Shown piece by piece: positions 22,931 through 25,210 of a stretch of 25,210 nucleotides of DNA. The stretch is from a virus. Every line of letters starts with the position of its first letter. Within the stretch, counting starts at the first letter, position 1. Made by a program: the position numbers and the translations under genes. The stretch is taken from IMG/VR virus record IMGVR_UViG_3300009431_001072. One strand, written 5' to 3'. The notes below the pieces were generated by a model, which saw nothing but the letters and a program-made list of their open reading frames with translations, was not told the DNA's origin and ran no database searches.

Positions 22931-23838
22931 TGAAAATTTATGCAATAATGTTTACCTGGGAGCAAATTGATTGGCTTCCGTGGGCTATTAAGCAACTTAA
23001 CAGAGCTTTAAGTTATGGATCTTTGGATAAAGTACTTATAGCAGAAGGAGGACACTCTAAAAATATGTCTGGGCGTTCATCAGATGGATCATGGGAGTAT
23101 CTACAAAAAACTGTCGGCAATAACCCTAATTATCAGTTATTTGATGCAGTACCTTTTAGAGATAAACATAATAGCTATGACCAGGTGCAGCCTGATTTAT
23201 TGAATACTATGTGCAACACTATTCCTTTGGATACAAAAGAAGATCCATGGATATTTGTAACACAAGATGATGAATTCTTCTTTGATAAATTTCTAAGAGA
23301 TATAAAAAATATAGTAAAAGCAGCAGATACAAATAGTAAAGATATGGTTATGACAAGACAATTGGCTTTTTCATTTAACATGAAACTTCATCATTTGAAT
23401 CGCACAGCCTATATTCTAAACAGATGGACAAAAGATAGCTATTGGAAACCGATATCCACACTATGTTATAAAGACGGATGTCCTTATTTGACAAAAGCTG
23501 ATAAAATACATTATGTACCGGATTTTGATTATACCACTTTTCACTTTAACAGAGTAAAGAGAGTGAAAAGAGAAGAAATGAGGTATCGTCTATCAGCTGA
23601 AATTAATACACCGAATGCTATGAAATGGCATAATGAAGTATGGTTAGCTGCTGATTTAAATAACTTAACAGAAGCCTATAAGGCCAATGAAAGATTAACT
23701 GGCCACTACGGGTATGCAAAGGATTCACCAAATACAGGACCGGCAATGTGGCAAGAATTAGTTAACTACGAAGGTAAATACCCAGAAGTATTAGACGATC
23801 ACCCATATAAAAATATTTCGGATATAAGAAAACTATAA
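22930..23838 (+). CDS. Glycosyltransferase-like protein, paralog of the 19430-20227 product
   Basis: [27 protein letters not shown]...VLIAEGG...PWIFVTQDDEFF; C-terminal YEGKYPEVLDDHPYKNISDIR. Confidence 0.7.
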   Translation: MKIYAIMFTWEQIDWLPWAIKQLNRALSYGSLDKVLIAEGGHSKNMSGRSSDGSWEYLQKTVGNNPNYQLFDAVPFRDKHNSYDQVQPDLLNTMCNTIPLDTKEDPWIFVTQDDEFFFDKFLRDIKNIVKAADTNSKDMVMTRQLAFSFNMKLHHLNRTAYILNRWTKDSYWKPISTLCYKDGCPYLTKADKIHYVPDFDYTTFHFNRVKRVKREEMRYRLSAEINTPNAMKWHNEVWLAADLNNLTEAYKANERLTGHYGYAKDSPNTGPAMWQELVNYEGKYPEVLDDHPYKNISDIRKL

Positions 23839-23905
23839 TGCAGATAAATACTAATAATCGGTCATTTTTTATAAGACATAGTAAAGTTAGGGAAATAGTA
23901 ATACA

Positions 23906-25018
23906 ATGAATATAACATGGAATGGAGATCAGTTTTACGGTGTTAGGTCACATGCAAATATAAATAGAGGCCTTGTCACAGCATTAACTGAATTAGGCCA
24001 CAAGATTAAAGTAACCAATATTTTAGATACTAACTTATTCAAGAGTAACAATAAAGCTCACGCAGTAATCAAAGATTCAGAGAATGAAAAGTTTAACTCT
24101 GATTTTAATATATTTAAATTTCCTGCAATTAAAGTAATGACTTCTGCTAAATTTAACTGTATACTCCATAGTGATGGTAGTTACACGTCTACAGTGACTA
24201 ACAACAACCGAATCAAATCATGTCCCTCCACACACTTATGGTTACCGACACCAGACTGTGCTAATGAAGTGAATAAATATACACCGATACCTACTATTGG
24301 ATTAGGAGTTGACAGTGGAATAGATCCTACAATGTTTAATCCAGGAATTGAACCATTTGATTTTGATATATTGAAAAGTACTTTTAAATTTTTCATAGCT
24401 TGTGATGGAGGCAACTCGACTGCAGGAAGGCCACATGGAGGTTTTAGAGGAAGTGACATAGCTATAGAAGCATTTATAGACGAATTTTCTAACAAAGATG
24501 ATGTATGTCTTATTGTCAAAGTAGCTCATAACTACAAAATTATAGATGATTTTATAGTAAGCTCAGTCCTAAAAAAGCCCAATGTACCCAAAATAATTAA
24601 AGACTATGGAAATAACCAGCAAGGTGTTATGGCTGCTAAATTAAAGAGTGCAGATTGCATGCTTTCTCCAATACGAGACTGCAGGTGGGAAGCTTGTATT
24701 CTAGAAGCTTTGGCTTGCGGAACTCCTACGATAGCCACTAATTGTGGTGGTCCCCGTTTGTATGGAAAATATGGTGTGTACTTTATTGATTATAAAATAA
24801 CTGATGCTGACTTGCACATATCACGTGGCGATATAGCTGTAGGTAAAGAATACTGGACGGAACCTTCTGTAGATGGCTTTCGTAAAAAGATGAGAGAGGT
24901 TTATAATAATAGAAAAGCCGCAGAGGAGTTTGGAATGAAAGGTTCAGTATACGTTACTGAAAATTGGAAATGGATTGATATAGCACAAAGAATTATAGAT
25001 TTTTTTAATAAAAACTAA
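23906..25018 (+). CDS. Glycosyltransferase family 4-like protein
   Basis: FYGVRSHANINRGLVTALTELGHKIKV ... SPIRDCRWEACILEALACGTPTIATNCGGP. Confidence 0.87.
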   Translation: MNITWNGDQFYGVRSHANINRGLVTALTELGHKIKVTNILDTNLFKSNNKAHAVIKDSENEKFNSDFNIFKFPAIKVMTSAKFNCILHSDGSYTSTVTNNNRIKSCPSTHLWLPTPDCANEVNKYTPIPTIGLGVDSGIDPTMFNPGIEPFDFDILKSTFKFFIACDGGNSTAGRPHGGFRGSDIAIEAFIDEFSNKDDVCLIVKVAHNYKIIDDFIVSSVLKKPNVPKIIKDYGNNQQGVMAAKLKSADCMLSPIRDCRWEACILEALACGTPTIATNCGGPRLYGKYGVYFIDYKITDADLHISRGDIAVGKEYWTEPSVDGFRKKMREVYNNRKAAEEFGMKGSVYVTENWKWIDIAQRIIDFFNKN

Positions 25019-25031
25019 AATGGTTGAAAAT

Positions 25032-25210
25032 ATGAGTAAAAAAGAAATACTAAAACACGTTTCTTTTAATGATCAAGCCGTGGGTGCTTACTCTGGCTGT
25101 GATGTTAAAAAAGACTTTAAGACATGGTTATCATGGGGAACGTGGTGGCCGTGGAATAGAACTAAAATAACAAAGGCAAGTGAAGAAAACCTTCACAAAA
25201 GAGTTCTAAT
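25032..25210 (+). CDS. Start of an unidentified CDS, truncated by window end
   Basis: ATG 25032 open to the edge: MSKKEILKHVSFNDQAVGAYSGCDVKKDFKTWLSWGTWWPWNRTKITKASEENLHKRVL. Confidence 0.55.
   Translation, partial: MSKKEILKHVSFNDQAVGAYSGCDVKKDFKTWLSWGTWWPWNRTKITKASEENLHKRVL

Overview
AT-rich, almost entirely + strand window with tightly packed, often overlapping genes. It looks like part of a large tailed-phage-like genome, but that is an inference because no capsid, terminase or tail gene is visible. Three blocks stand out. (1) ~1-7.8 kb: small ORFs, a Nudix hydrolase, a radical-SAM-like protein, an Fn3/dockerin-like membrane protein next to a cohesin-like protein, a lytic transglycosylase, tRNA-Leu(TAG), tRNA-Gly(TCC), tRNA-Cys(GCA), and a 1.1 kb non-coding locus. 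That locus holds a complete tmRNA (6987-7341) preceded by a tandem array of five stem-bounded RNA-like elements (6395-6894). The elements share a (T/A)(T/A)(A/T)CAGCAC motif, and one contains a circularly permuted tRNA. (2) ~7.9-14.2 kb: RNA metabolism and repair, with an Rnl2-type RNA ligase, Hsp20, RNase HI, a polynucleotide kinase/phosphatase and an Rnl1-type RNA ligase. A secreted CBM/Fn3 protein lies among them. (3) ~14.2-25.2 kb: a long run of glycosyltransferases, SAM methyltransferases and a radical SAM/SPASM-like enzyme, probably for glycan synthesis or decoration. The best candidate for something undescribed is the element array with the permuted tRNA, upstream of a phage-type tmRNA and close to two RNA ligases and a PNKP. 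Everything was read by eye; no fold or database search was run.
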